A DNA stretch of 60,645 nt, taken from an uncultured Desulfobacterales bacterium. Its GTDB lineage: Bacteria; Desulfobacterota; DSM-4660; Desulfatiglandales; HGW-15. How positions within the stretch are numbered: the stretch's first letter is position 1; each line of letters opens with the position of its first letter. The stretch lies in assembly GCA_964512335.1 (NCBI GenBank), contig CAZEIA010000001.1:1-60645 (forward strand). Reading direction: 5' to 3'. The notes beneath the pieces are model-generated. The model was not told where the DNA came from. It worked only from the letters and a program-made list of their open reading frames with translations, and did not search any database. Positions 1 through 9,538 of the stretch are shown in pieces. The translations under genes and the position numbers were made by a program.

Positions 1-1428
1 AGAGAGGCAAACTCCGGCGGTACAGCAGCCCACAAGCTCGGGCGACTTGGTATCGAAGGAATCATGGTTGAAGGAAAAAGTGATACATGGCAGATCTTAA
101 GAATCGATGTCAATGGGACAAAGCTCGAATCCGCCGAAAATATTCCCGGGCTGAAAAATTACCAGGCTTGTGAAAAACTCAGACAGATGTATGGGGATAA
201 AGTCGGCATTATCTTAACCGGCCCCGCAGGCGAGATGAGGCTGGCGAATTCAACCGTCGCCATAACAGACCCGGATGGTAATCCTGCAAGGCACGCTGCT
301 CGAGGCGGCCTTGGAGCGGTTATGGCCGCCAAAGGTCTCAAGGCGATAGTGATTGACAGCGAAGGGTGTCCTGTTCGAAAAGCCGTAAGCAGAGACCCTT
401 TCAAGGCCGCCGCAAAGGCTTTGACAGACGCAATTCAGAATGCACCCTTCACGGATGCTCTTCGCACGCTCGGTACGGCCATTTTTGTTGATGCGGACAA
501 TGGACGTGGCAGCCTTCCTACCAACAACCACAGGCTTGGCTCCTTTGATAAAGTCGACAGAATTAACGCAACGAAATTTGCTGAGATGGTTAAGGCTCGT
601 AATGGTTCAATGGGGCACGGCTGTATGCCCGGCTGTGTCGTCCGCTGTTCTTCCCTGTTTAATGATTCAGCCAGGGAATTTGTCACAGCCGCGCTTGAAT
701 ATGAGACCATCGGTATGCTTGGTTCGAATCTCGGGATTGATGATCTTGATGCCATTGCGAGAATGGATCGCAGGTGTGATGATCTTGGTATTGATACTAT
801 TGAATTAGGTTGCACCATTGGGATATTGAACGATGTGGGCCTTTTTGAATTCGGTGATACAGTGAGAGCTGAATCCCTGATAGATGAAATCGAGAATGGA
901 ACGCCCATGGGACGCATACTGGGAAGCGGGGTTTCGGCGTTGGCGAAGATATTCGGGATTGAGCGCGTTCCGGCGGTGAAGAGTTTAGGCATTCCTGCTC
1001 ACGCAGCCAGGTCTTCCAAGGGTTGGGCGGTTACCTATGCCACAAGCCCTCAGGGTGCCGATCACACGGCAGGCGCGGTCATGGAAGAACCTCTTTCCCC
1101 CAGCGGTCAAGGGGACAGGTCAAGGGTCTCTCAGATCGGGATGGCGGCATTCGATGCCACCGGACTCTGTCTCTTTACATTTCTGGGGCGCACGCCCGAA
1201 CTCATTGTCCCGGTGATCAACAGCCTTTATGGGATCAGCTGGAATGTTGAAGACTACCTGGAGATGGGAAAGGAAATGCTTCGACAGGAGAGAGATTTCA
1301 ACGCAAAAGCGGGGATAGGGCCTGAAGCCGATAGGCTCCCGGACTGGATGAGGGTTGAGCCCTTGCCCCCGACCAATGCTGTATTCGATGTTCCTCAAGG
1401 AGATGTGGACAGCGTCTTTAATTTCTGA
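1..1428 (+). CDS. aldehyde:ferredoxin oxidoreductase (tungsten AOR family), 5' end cut by window edge
   Basis: Frame 1 is open from nt 1, so the listed Met at 64 is internal. The 454-aa track protein matches the AOR C-terminal domains by eye (GSNLGIDDLDAI, IELGCTIG, DATGLCLF, LPDWM). Confidence 0.8.
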   Translation, partial: REANSGGTAAHKLGRLGIEGIMVEGKSDTWQILRIDVNGTKLESAENIPGLKNYQACEKLRQMYGDKVGIILTGPAGEMRLANSTVAITDPDGNPARHAARGGLGAVMAAKGLKAIVIDSEGCPVRKAVSRDPFKAAAKALTDAIQNAPFTDALRTLGTAIFVDADNGRGSLPTNNHRLGSFDKVDRINATKFAEMVKARNGSMGHGCMPGCVVRCSSLFNDSAREFVTAALEYETIGMLGSNLGIDDLDAIARMDRRCDDLGIDTIELGCTIGILNDVGLFEFGDTVRAESLIDEIENGTPMGRILGSGVSALAKIFGIERVPAVKSLGIPAHAARSSKGWAVTYATSPQGADHTAGAVMEEPLSPSGQGDRSRVSQIGMAAFDATGLCLFTFLGRTPELIVPVINSLYGISWNVEDYLEMGKEMLRQERDFNAKAGIGPEADRLPDWMRVEPLPPTNAVFDVPQGDVDSVFNF

Positions 1429-2087
1429 CTTTAGTTTCACTTCAGCTCAGCAGTGTCCGGTGAGGATTTTGCATAAAAGGGGTTGGTCAGAAAAGACTCC
1501 GAGTGGTGCATTTTTTGGTTGATATTCCCGGCGTTTAGCGCAGCTAGGCCCTAACCGACTGAAAGTACATAGTGTTTCCGGCCATGCCATACGCACCCAA
1601 ACCCGGAAAGACCGGCCAGAACCCAACGTTTTTTGTTGACTTGACCACCTTTATCCGAGATATTTTGAAATACATTATACCGCTTCTCCAACGTGGGAAC
1701 AGTGCCCAGAGACTTGAGACTGAACTTCGAAGACCAACTGAACGGCTCATCCTTTGCCACTTGGAGGAATACGACTCAGGCCGACACCTCCTTCAGGTCC
1801 CCACGGAGCACACCCCGATTGATGGCTCCTTAATCGATGCCACGCTTTCCATGCCGTGCCCGACTACCGTAAAGGGGTTAAGAATGCTAAATAGCATCCT
1901 TGATTCGACCTGTATCAGTCTATCCCTTGCAAGATCTTTCTCACCAGTGGAAAGGGTGATGGGCGGCCTTTTGTCAGTCAAATCCTTTCTCCCGGCCAGA
2001 CAGGGATGATGGATCGCCCGTTGATTAAATTTTAAGAATCGATTAGCATTGATAAATATTGCTAAATTTATCAAGAGGAGGGATGAA

Positions 2088-2597
2088 ATGGAAACACAAA
2101 AACTACTTAAAGGGAAAAAAGTGCTAATTGTAGATGACGAAGCCGACATTCTTGATCTTTTGACTGAGCTTCTGAGTACCTGTATGATTGACCGAGCCTC
2201 GACGTTCGAAGAAGCAAAAGAGCTCCTCGAAAGTGTATATTACGACGTTGTCGTCCTCGACATTATGGGCGTTAATGGATTCGAACTTCTCAATATTGCA
2301 AAACAAAACAACATCCCAGCCCTAATGCTTACAGCCAATGCTTTGAACAAAGAGAGCTTACAGAAATCTGCAGAAGAGGGAGCTTCGTACTATGTTCCCA
2401 AAGAAGAAATGCACAAGATCGATGTTTTTGTCGCAGACGTTATAGAGGCCGTAGAGAAAAGCAAGAACCCATGGGTCAGGTGGGTCGAGCGGCTTGGCAA
2501 TTATTTTGATAATAGCAGGAATTTCAGCGGACCAAACTGGAGAGAACAGCATAAGAAATTCTGGGATGAGAAGCTCAAGAGCCTATCAGGCATTTGA
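2088..2597 (+). CDS. receiver-only response regulator with a conserved ~45-aa C-terminal extension (paralog of 24716..25207)
   Basis: ATG at 2088 lies 7 nt after an AGGAGG. CheY residues are present (VDDE, LDIMG acceptor Asp, MLTA, PK). It aligns over its full length with the second regulator in the window. Confidence 0.8.
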   Translation: METQKLLKGKKVLIVDDEADILDLLTELLSTCMIDRASTFEEAKELLESVYYDVVVLDIMGVNGFELLNIAKQNNIPALMLTANALNKESLQKSAEEGASYYVPKEEMHKIDVFVADVIEAVEKSKNPWVRWVERLGNYFDNSRNFSGPNWREQHKKFWDEKLKSLSGI

Positions 2598-2727
2598 TAA
2601 TCCATTTCACTAGGAGTCTGGCGGACTTAGCGGGCGCAGTGGTGAATGATCGTAATCTGGCTTTTACTAAAATGCGCATTGAATCCAGAAATTAAACTGA
2701 AACAGACCAAATCCGGTTTCCAGCAAA

Positions 2728-3027
2728 TTGCTTGAAATCCCCTTGACCGATATCTCAAGACATCTTCGTTTGGCCCTTTCCCTGGTGGTCATCACCACGC
2801 TGATTGGAACGTTTGGATACATGATTATTATCACCATGCCCACGGTGGTCTGTGGTGAGGTTCATGATATGGGATATTACGGATGAATATTTACCATATT
2901 TCTGGTCGCCATGGGGGCTGTTTCTTTTTTGAATGTAACAAGTTCGCTTGTGCAGTTTCTGGTGGAAACGAAAATCCGGAGTATATTGGGGAAGCGGGTA
3001 TTGTTTGATAATCAAAATGGATCATGA
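2728..3027 (+). pseudogene. decayed two-TM K+ channel pore-domain remnant
   Basis: One frame reads RHLRLALSLVVITTLIGTFGYMIIITMPTVVCGEVHDMGYYG*IFTIFLVAMGAVSF..LVQFLVE. This resembles the TrkA/MthK-type channel N-terminus. The filter is TVVCG rather than TVGYG, the outer helix-to-pore segment is missing, there is an in-frame TGA at 2884-2886 where channels have G-R-IFT, and no RCK domain follows. Confidence 0.4.
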
Positions 3028-4810
3028 AATGATTCGGCCCATGGAGGATCCCCAAAAGGACCAAAATAAAAAGCAGCGAAACCGAGAGGATTTTAAAACG
3101 GATCTGATTCTGGAAGGCGGCAAGGTCCTCAATGTGTATTCGGGCGAGATACTCGAATCAGTCGTAGGGGTCAAGGGAGAGAAGATCCTGTTTGCAGGTC
3201 CCCGCTCCTCACGAGTCGAGGCGTCCCTGTGTCTGGATGTATCCGGCAAGATCCTGGTCCCCGGCTATATTGAGCCCCACTGCCATCCCTGGAACATCTA
3301 CAATCCCATCTCTTTCGGCGAAGAGGCCTGCCGGTTGGGTACGACCACCCTCGTGTGCGACAATCTCTTTTTCTATATGTTCATGGGCGTGGAGCTCTTC
3401 GAGGAGTTTATGGAATCCCTTGCGGCCATGCCCGTCAAGTACTTCTGGTTTATCAGGGTGGTCCCCCAGACCCCCATGGCAGGGGAGGAAACCGTTTTTT
3501 CAGCGGCGAACCTCAAAAAACTGCTCATGAATCCCCTGGCTGTTTCCATCGGGGAGATCACCAGGTGGATGGATCTGATCCAGGGCAACCCGACGATTCT
3601 CGAGTGCATACGCTTTGCGCGAAGTCTCGGAAAGCGGGTTGACGGCCACACCGCGGGCGCAAAGTTTGAAAACCTGGGCATTATTTCCCGGATGGGAGTG
3701 GAGTCCTGCCATGAAAGCATCAGCGCCCGGGAGGCTCTCGACCGCCTGAGGCTGGGCCTCCATGTCATGCTCAGGCAAAGCTCCCTGCGGCCCGATCTTA
3801 GGGCCCTGCTGCAAGTGGTCCAGGAGAAGCCGTCCTCCACCCGGCGTGTCATGTTGACCACGGACAGCTCCACACCGGCATTTCAGCTTGAGTCAGGCAT
3901 GGTGGACCGACTCATCGGGACGGCCCTGGAAGAGGGGGTCGATCCTGTGGAGGCATACCGGATGGCGACTCTCAACCCGGCGGTCTATTTCGGCCTCGAA
4001 GACCGGATCGGCGGGATCGCACCCGGAAGGGATGCGGATATCCTGGTACTGAGCGATGTCCACCACCCCACCCCGGAGATGGTCATCTCCAAGGGGAGGA
4101 TTGTCGCGGAAGAGTGTACTCTGAGAGCCCCGTTTCCGGTCATGAACCTGAAACGGTTTTTCTCCACCCCGGCCGCCTGCATTGAAAAAACCTGGGCCGC
4201 AAAGCCGGAGTTCTTTGAAATCCCCTGCAGGGACGGAGAACGCCCGCAGACTGTCTGCTTCCCGGTGATCCGGCTCACGAATCCCGTGATCACACGTGTG
4301 GAACAGGTGGAGTTTCCCGTAAAGGAAGGGCTTCTGGATATACCGGCCGGGGCTGGATTCTGCCGGGCTGCCGCATTGAACCGCCATGGGAAATGGGTGG
4401 CAAACGGAATCATACAAAATTATGCCGATCAGGTTGAAGGGATCGCCTCCACCTTCAACACCGCCATGGAAATCATTGCTATGGGCCGAAACCCGGAAGC
4501 CATGGCATGTGCGGTCAACCGGGTGCTAGAGATGGGGGGAGGTATTGCGGCCGTGGAAAGGGGAAGGCCGTTTTTCGAGTTCCCTTTGCCTTTGGGAGGA
4601 ATGATGTCCGATCGGCCGCTCACGGAACTGGCTGCAATGGACACGGCCCTCCGGGAATTCCTTTCAGCAAGGGGATATCCTTTTCACGATCCCCTCTACA
4701 CCTTTATCTTTCTCCCCAACGACTTCCTCCCGGAGGTCAGGCTCAACCGACGGGGCGTCATCAATATCAGGACTAATGAAGTCCTGTGGCCGGCGAGAAA
4801 CCTCTCCTGA
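3017..4810 (+). CDS. ade: adenine deaminase-family amidohydrolase
   Basis: HxH metal motif in VPGYIEPHCHPW. N-terminal beta-sandwich pattern (GGKVLNVYSGEILESVVGVKGEKILFAG). C-terminal Ade-type motif (GGGIAAVERG..FPLPLGGMMSD). ATG at 3017 is in frame with the track ORF. Confidence 0.75.
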   Translation: MDHEMIRPMEDPQKDQNKKQRNREDFKTDLILEGGKVLNVYSGEILESVVGVKGEKILFAGPRSSRVEASLCLDVSGKILVPGYIEPHCHPWNIYNPISFGEEACRLGTTTLVCDNLFFYMFMGVELFEEFMESLAAMPVKYFWFIRVVPQTPMAGEETVFSAANLKKLLMNPLAVSIGEITRWMDLIQGNPTILECIRFARSLGKRVDGHTAGAKFENLGIISRMGVESCHESISAREALDRLRLGLHVMLRQSSLRPDLRALLQVVQEKPSSTRRVMLTTDSSTPAFQLESGMVDRLIGTALEEGVDPVEAYRMATLNPAVYFGLEDRIGGIAPGRDADILVLSDVHHPTPEMVISKGRIVAEECTLRAPFPVMNLKRFFSTPAACIEKTWAAKPEFFEIPCRDGERPQTVCFPVIRLTNPVITRVEQVEFPVKEGLLDIPAGAGFCRAAALNRHGKWVANGIIQNYADQVEGIASTFNTAMEIIAMGRNPEAMACAVNRVLEMGGGIAAVERGRPFFEFPLPLGGMMSDRPLTELAAMDTALREFLSARGYPFHDPLYTFIFLPNDFLPEVRLNRRGVINIRTNEVLWPARNLS

Positions 4811-4875
4811 TTCAAGTCAATTCAAAACACGTTAATGTCTACAGCGACAGCTCGGCTCCAGCCCGGTTGAGCAGC

Positions 4876-6246
4876 TCAGTCCCGGGCGGCCTTTTGGGCC
4901 GCATGCAGCCTTTCCCAGGAAAAATCAGGACCTCGGCAGGGGAAGAAGGTGTTGTTGTGATAGAGGGGTTCGTTTCCCAGATCAAACGGAGAGACGGCCT
5001 CGGCCACGGGCCAGAGCTGGGTATTGGGGAGGGGGGAGAACTCGGCGGGATAAGGACGGGCACCGGCGGCACGGACATATTGAGCCGCTGAGATAAGGTC
5101 CTCAGGGTCCTGGTTGGGCAGCCCGTACAGGAGATACACACCTATCTCGGAAGCGTCGAACCCCGCCCTCTTGAGATGGTCGAGGGCGGTCTCGAAGTCA
5201 TCCGGCCCCACCTTCCAGCCCCAGGCTGCCTGTCTCAATGGGTCAGGGGTCTCCAGGCCCAATCTCAGTGTCTTGAAACCGGCTGCGAACATCAGGTCAG
5301 CCATTTCTTGAGTGATCAATCCAACGTGGAGCCCGTTCGGGGCGTGGAAGCGGATCCCGAGGTCGCGGCGGACCACTGATTCCAGAACAGGCAGGATATG
5401 GTCCTGGGCGTTTACCAAAAGAGCATCGTCAAAGAACACGAAGTCGCGGAGGCCCAGGCGGAACCGCCGGTCCTCGATCTCGGCCAGGACTTCTTGAGGC
5501 GGGCGTTGATCGAACCCGGGCTGGAGAATGCCGGAGGCGCAGTAAGGGCAACGGTAAGGGCAGCCCCTGGAAGTAAGGAGCGGAGCAAAATCGAGCTTGG
5601 GGTATAGATCCAGGGCGGGCCAAAGTGAGGTCCAGGGCGTATGGGATTGATCGGTGAGGATCGATCCATGGCTGCTGATCTCATTCAGGATGTCAATTAT
5701 CCGGTCTTCTCCTGGACCGGACACCACCAGGTCCGCCCCTGTGTTGTAGGCCGCATGTGACGGGCAGAGGGTAGCATAGATTCCGCCGAGAATTACAGGG
5801 ACGCCCGGCCATACATCTCTTGCCAGGGTTATGGCCTGGATGATCCCCGGGTACCAGTAGGTCATGATCGAGGTTACCAGGATGGCGTCCGGGGGATCGG
5901 CGTTTCGCACATCGTTTAAAAAGACCTCCTCGGGCAGGCCGTAGCGGGCAAAGCGCCGCGGGATACCCTTCAAAGGCTCCGGAGCGCGCACGATCTCCCG
6001 TCTCCAGGGCCCGGTGCCCGGAAGAACGCCTTTCTTGACCGGGGCGCCGGAGCACGGATGCAGGCGGTCCAGGCAGTCCACCAGGGTGACCCGGCAGCCG
6101 GCCCGGCCTAGAAGGTCCGCCAGGTAGAGCAGACCCAGGGGGCGGGCCCACAAGTCATAGGCGGCGAAGTCGTATATCCAGGGATTGATGGCAAGGATGG
6201 TGGGCGTCATTCCTGAGACTTTAATCCAGCCGCAGTGAATTCTCAA
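4876..6246 (-). CDS. B12-binding-domain radical SAM protein, function unknown
   Basis: CxxxCxxC in TSRGCPYRCPYCAS. The N-terminal region is Rossmann-like (ILAINPWIYDFAAYD..RVTLVDC). TTG start at 6246 is preceded by GGGAGGGG. Confidence 0.8.
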   Translation of the reverse strand: MRIHCGWIKVSGMTPTILAINPWIYDFAAYDLWARPLGLLYLADLLGRAGCRVTLVDCLDRLHPCSGAPVKKGVLPGTGPWRREIVRAPEPLKGIPRRFARYGLPEEVFLNDVRNADPPDAILVTSIMTYWYPGIIQAITLARDVWPGVPVILGGIYATLCPSHAAYNTGADLVVSGPGEDRIIDILNEISSHGSILTDQSHTPWTSLWPALDLYPKLDFAPLLTSRGCPYRCPYCASGILQPGFDQRPPQEVLAEIEDRRFRLGLRDFVFFDDALLVNAQDHILPVLESVVRRDLGIRFHAPNGLHVGLITQEMADLMFAAGFKTLRLGLETPDPLRQAAWGWKVGPDDFETALDHLKRAGFDASEIGVYLLYGLPNQDPEDLISAAQYVRAAGARPYPAEFSPLPNTQLWPVAEAVSPFDLGNEPLYHNNTFFPCRGPDFSWERLHAAQKAARD

Positions 6247-6620
6247 GGATTCCCCTCCCGCCTGACCCCAGTGTCAGGATAGTTGTCACCGTGATTGAAG
6301 CAGATATCAGCGATATTGTGACTGGAGTTGAGGAGCGTGAGGTCCTAAGTCTGATGCTGTCGGTGGCAGATCAAACTGTGGCTTGTAAGAGCGGGCTTTC
6401 CACTGACGGCATACCGCATCAGGGATTGGATGCGTGCGGTTCACCGCTGCCTATGCTGAAACATCTATGCTCGCAGGCCCATACGATTTATTCAAGATCC
6501 GACGCCGAAGCAGGCGGAAAACCTCGCCTTAGCCTGCTTCAAAATAGCGGGAGGGTTCTTACTACTGGTTGTTAGTGAATAATCCCATGGCACCAGACGT
6601 TGAATTTTTTCATCTTGGAC

Positions 6621-7913
6621 CTATTTCATGGTGCTCGGTAACCAAGTGGCAACCTGTGGAAAAAGAGTTATGAGGACTAGAGACAGCAGCATTAAGGCGA
6701 TCATTGGTGCGGCGGCCTTGGCTACCTTGACGATAGATTCATTCGTAACTCCCCGCAAGATAAAAAGATTAAGCCCAACCGGAGGCGTGAACTGCGCTAT
6801 TTCTATCAAGATAACAACATATATACCAAACCAAATGGGATTAAAACCATAGGCATTGACAATGGGAAGTAGCAATGGAATGGTAAGTACCACCATGGAA
6901 AGGCCCTCCAGGATGCAGCCAAGTAGTACATACATACCCGCCAGAATTATAAGGAACTCAATCTTGCTCAGCTCCATGGCCGCGGTGTATTGAACTATGT
7001 CCTGGCCCATCCCGGACTGGGCGAAGGCCATGGAGAGTAGAGAAGCACCAGTAACGATGAACAGAATCATTACACTGGTGCTTATAGTGGCCCGAAAAGC
7101 CTCCAAAAGCTTGGCTATACTGAAGTCGCCACCTAATAGCGCAATTAGGAGGGCTCCCACAACACCCCAGGCAGCAGCTTCGGTGGGAATGATCCAGCCC
7201 AGGTAGATCCCCCCAAGAATGAAGATAATCAGCGAGGAAACCGGAAGCAGGCCAGGAAGGGCGCGAATCCTTTCGCCCCAGGAATACTTCTCCATTACTC
7301 TGCAAACCGGGCGGGCGAAGGTCAGGGAGGCCAGAATCACGTAGCCCACAAATAGAATGCTCATGAGCAGTCCCGGCAGCAAGCCAGCCATAAACAGCCT
7401 GCTGATCGATTCCTCGGCGATAACCCCGTAGAGTATCAGAACAATGCTGGGAGGTATCAGTATGCCCAGGGTGGTGGGCCCGGCCAGGGTGGCCAGGATC
7501 AAGTTGCGATTGTAGCCCCTGTCCACGAGTTTTCTATAGGTCAGCATGGCTATGGCCACACAACTTGAGCTGGACGAGCCGGTAATCGCAGCGAAGAAGG
7601 TGGAACCCAGGATGTTGGTGTGCAACAGGCGTCCTGGGAGCAAGGATGCCCAAGGATCTAAACTGCGGATTGCCAGATCAAAGGCTCGGGTGTTCTCCAA
7701 TATTCTGGCCATCAATATGAACAGGGGTACAGCGGCCAGCGAGAAACTATTGGTGGTGGCCCACATACCATATGCCGAGGTAAGCATTACCTGAGGAGAA
7801 TCCGCCAGTATCAGACCGAACATGCCGGCTCCGGCTAGGGCCAGTGCAATGGGCACATTTAAGGCGATCAGCAGAAATAGGCCACCTATCAGGAGCAAGA
7901 AGTCCACGGGCAT
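6621..7913 (-). CDS. dctM: TRAP transporter large permease
   Basis: 430-aa polytopic membrane protein with a DctM-like sequence. It follows dctQ after a 10-nt gap. Confidence 0.9.
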   Translation of the reverse strand: MPVDFLLLIGGLFLLIALNVPIALALAGAGMFGLILADSPQVMLTSAYGMWATTNSFSLAAVPLFILMARILENTRAFDLAIRSLDPWASLLPGRLLHTNILGSTFFAAITGSSSSSCVAIAMLTYRKLVDRGYNRNLILATLAGPTTLGILIPPSIVLILYGVIAEESISRLFMAGLLPGLLMSILFVGYVILASLTFARPVCRVMEKYSWGERIRALPGLLPVSSLIIFILGGIYLGWIIPTEAAAWGVVGALLIALLGGDFSIAKLLEAFRATISTSVMILFIVTGASLLSMAFAQSGMGQDIVQYTAAMELSKIEFLIILAGMYVLLGCILEGLSMVVLTIPLLLPIVNAYGFNPIWFGIYVVILIEIAQFTPPVGLNLFILRGVTNESIVKVAKAAAPMIALMLLSLVLITLFPQVATWLPSTMK

Positions 7914-7923
7914 CCTCCAGTTT

Positions 7924-8415
7924 TCATTTGGGGCGGCGATCGGGAGTTATCAGCCGCAGGACGAGCTCCAAGGTGAAAAGAAAAAGTCCCAGCACCATGG
8001 CGCCTTGGGGGAGCGCCAGGGGCATCCCCAAAGGGGTGGTTGAATGTGAGCCAACTGAAAAGGTGTTCCACCACATAAGTCCGGCACCTACGGACAAGCA
8101 AGCCACGATGACCAAGCTGACGAGATCGGCCAAAAAACGATTCACTCGCTGTATGTTCGAAGGCAAGGCGTTGTATAGGGTGTCGAATGAAATGTGCGCG
8201 TTCACACGCAAGGCATGGCCGGCTCCCAGGAAAGTGAGCACAACTACCAAGTAACCGGAAAGCTCATCACTTAGCATGGTGGAAATTTTAAAAAATTCCC
8301 GACACACTACCTCCACGATGATGACCATTGTCATACCCAAAAGTGCTATCCCACCACAGTAAATACCTGTCAAGGATGGTGCTTGGGAAAGTTTGCGCAA
8401 TATATTCAGCCACAT
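7924..8415 (-). CDS. dctQ: TRAP transporter small permease
   Basis: 163-aa protein with four predicted TM helices, positioned between dctP and dctM. Confidence 0.85.
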   Translation of the reverse strand: MWLNILRKLSQAPSLTGIYCGGIALLGMTMVIIVEVVCREFFKISTMLSDELSGYLVVVLTFLGAGHALRVNAHISFDTLYNALPSNIQRVNRFLADLVSLVIVACLSVGAGLMWWNTFSVGSHSTTPLGMPLALPQGAMVLGLFLFTLELVLRLITPDRRPK

Positions 8416-8483
8416 TTATTCAACCCCTGTACGTGCGTACGTGCGGACGCCATTCAGACGCCCGCACTCCGGATTCGGCTTTT

Positions 8484-9482
8484 CTAGCGTCCGAGCCTTG
8501 TCTTGAACTCCTTCAGGTACTCCTGGGCGCCTTCTACAGAGGAGGACCATTCCTCCCAGATGGGACCCGCGGCCTCCTCGAAAGCAGCCATAAGGTCCGT
8601 AGGGGGATCCACTATTTTGACTCCCTGGGAAGTAAATTTGGCCTGGGCCTCCTTCATGGCTTTTACCTCGGCCGCCCATTGGGCCTTATTGAACTCCTCG
8701 GCAACCTCCTTCAGAGTCTGTTGGATGTCCTTAGGCAACTTATCGAAGGCTGCTTGGTTCGCCACCAGCCAGCCATCGCTTCCAAAAAAGATGTTAGTGG
8801 AATATACATATTCGACGGCTTCGAAGAGCTTGGCTGAAGCGGCCAAGGTGTAGCTGGTGATGGCGGCATCCACCGTTCCGATGCGTAGCGCTACCGGCAC
8901 CTCCCCGAAGGGCATGCTTACTGGAGTTGCTCCCACTGCCATCATAAGTTTGGGCAGTGAGGTTCCGAACACTCTGACCTTCAGGCCTTTCATGTCGGCA
9001 AGACTCTTGATCTCCTTAGTGGTGAAAAGGACCATAGGATCCCAGACCCATTGAGCCAAGGGCACCACACGCCATTTAGGCCAGACATACTTGTTCAGAT
9101 AGGAATGAGCGACCTCCCGCTGAATGCGGGCTTCCTCGTAGGTCTTGGAGGCAAACGGTAAAGTGCCATACTTGAACCAAGCCTCTTGGCCCTCCAGATA
9201 ACTGATGGTTAATTCATTGGCCGGCACCAGCCCTTGGCTAACGATGTTCAAGGCATCACCCGGGGCATATCCTAGGCCCTTGGAGTAATGAACCTCCAGT
9301 TTGAATTTGCCCTCGGTCCTCTTGGCCACCTCTTCGGCATAGGCCAGCCATTGCTGGGTAGCCCCGTCGCCAGCTGGATGGCTGCCCTGCATTTTCCAGG
9401 TAATGGTGTCCGCTGCGGAGGCGGGAATGGCCGCCATCGCCATCAACAATAGACTCGCCATCGTGATCTTCAATTTCTTCAT
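8484..9482 (-). CDS. dctP: TRAP transporter periplasmic substrate-binding protein
   Basis: DctP-family sequence with signal peptide MKKLKITMASLLLMAMAAIPASA. ATG at 9482 is preceded by GGGAGGA; the track start at 9497 is probably too far upstream. Confidence 0.9.
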   Translation of the reverse strand: MKKLKITMASLLLMAMAAIPASAADTITWKMQGSHPAGDGATQQWLAYAEEVAKRTEGKFKLEVHYSKGLGYAPGDALNIVSQGLVPANELTISYLEGQEAWFKYGTLPFASKTYEEARIQREVAHSYLNKYVWPKWRVVPLAQWVWDPMVLFTTKEIKSLADMKGLKVRVFGTSLPKLMMAVGATPVSMPFGEVPVALRIGTVDAAITSYTLAASAKLFEAVEYVYSTNIFFGSDGWLVANQAAFDKLPKDIQQTLKEVAEEFNKAQWAAEVKAMKEAQAKFTSQGVKIVDPPTDLMAAFEEAAGPIWEEWSSSVEGAQEYLKEFKTRLGR

Positions 9483-9538
9483 GCCGTATCCTCCCATCTT
9501 TCTGTTTTGAGTGAATTAAAAAAGACGCATGAAAAACA

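Noticed and set aside
1544-2149. Overlapping 60-145-aa ORFs on both strands, considered as a possible IS/transposase remnant.
   Set aside because: I could not recognise a DDE or other transposase motif. There are no terminal inverted repeats and the ORFs overlap each other. I treat the region as non-coding or unresolved.
2884-2886. The in-frame TGA as a selenocysteine codon.
   Set aside because: The codon aligns with a conserved Arg (likely CGA to TGA). The gene is otherwise degraded, with a lost filter, a deletion and a truncation. K+ channels are not selenoproteins, and no SECIS-like hairpin is obvious.
6587-6602. TGGCAC..TTGA resembling a sigma54 -24/-12 promoter.
   Set aside because: The GG-to-GC spacing is off by one and the -12 element is not TTGC. 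It is on the plus strand, pointing into the 3' ends of minus-strand genes.
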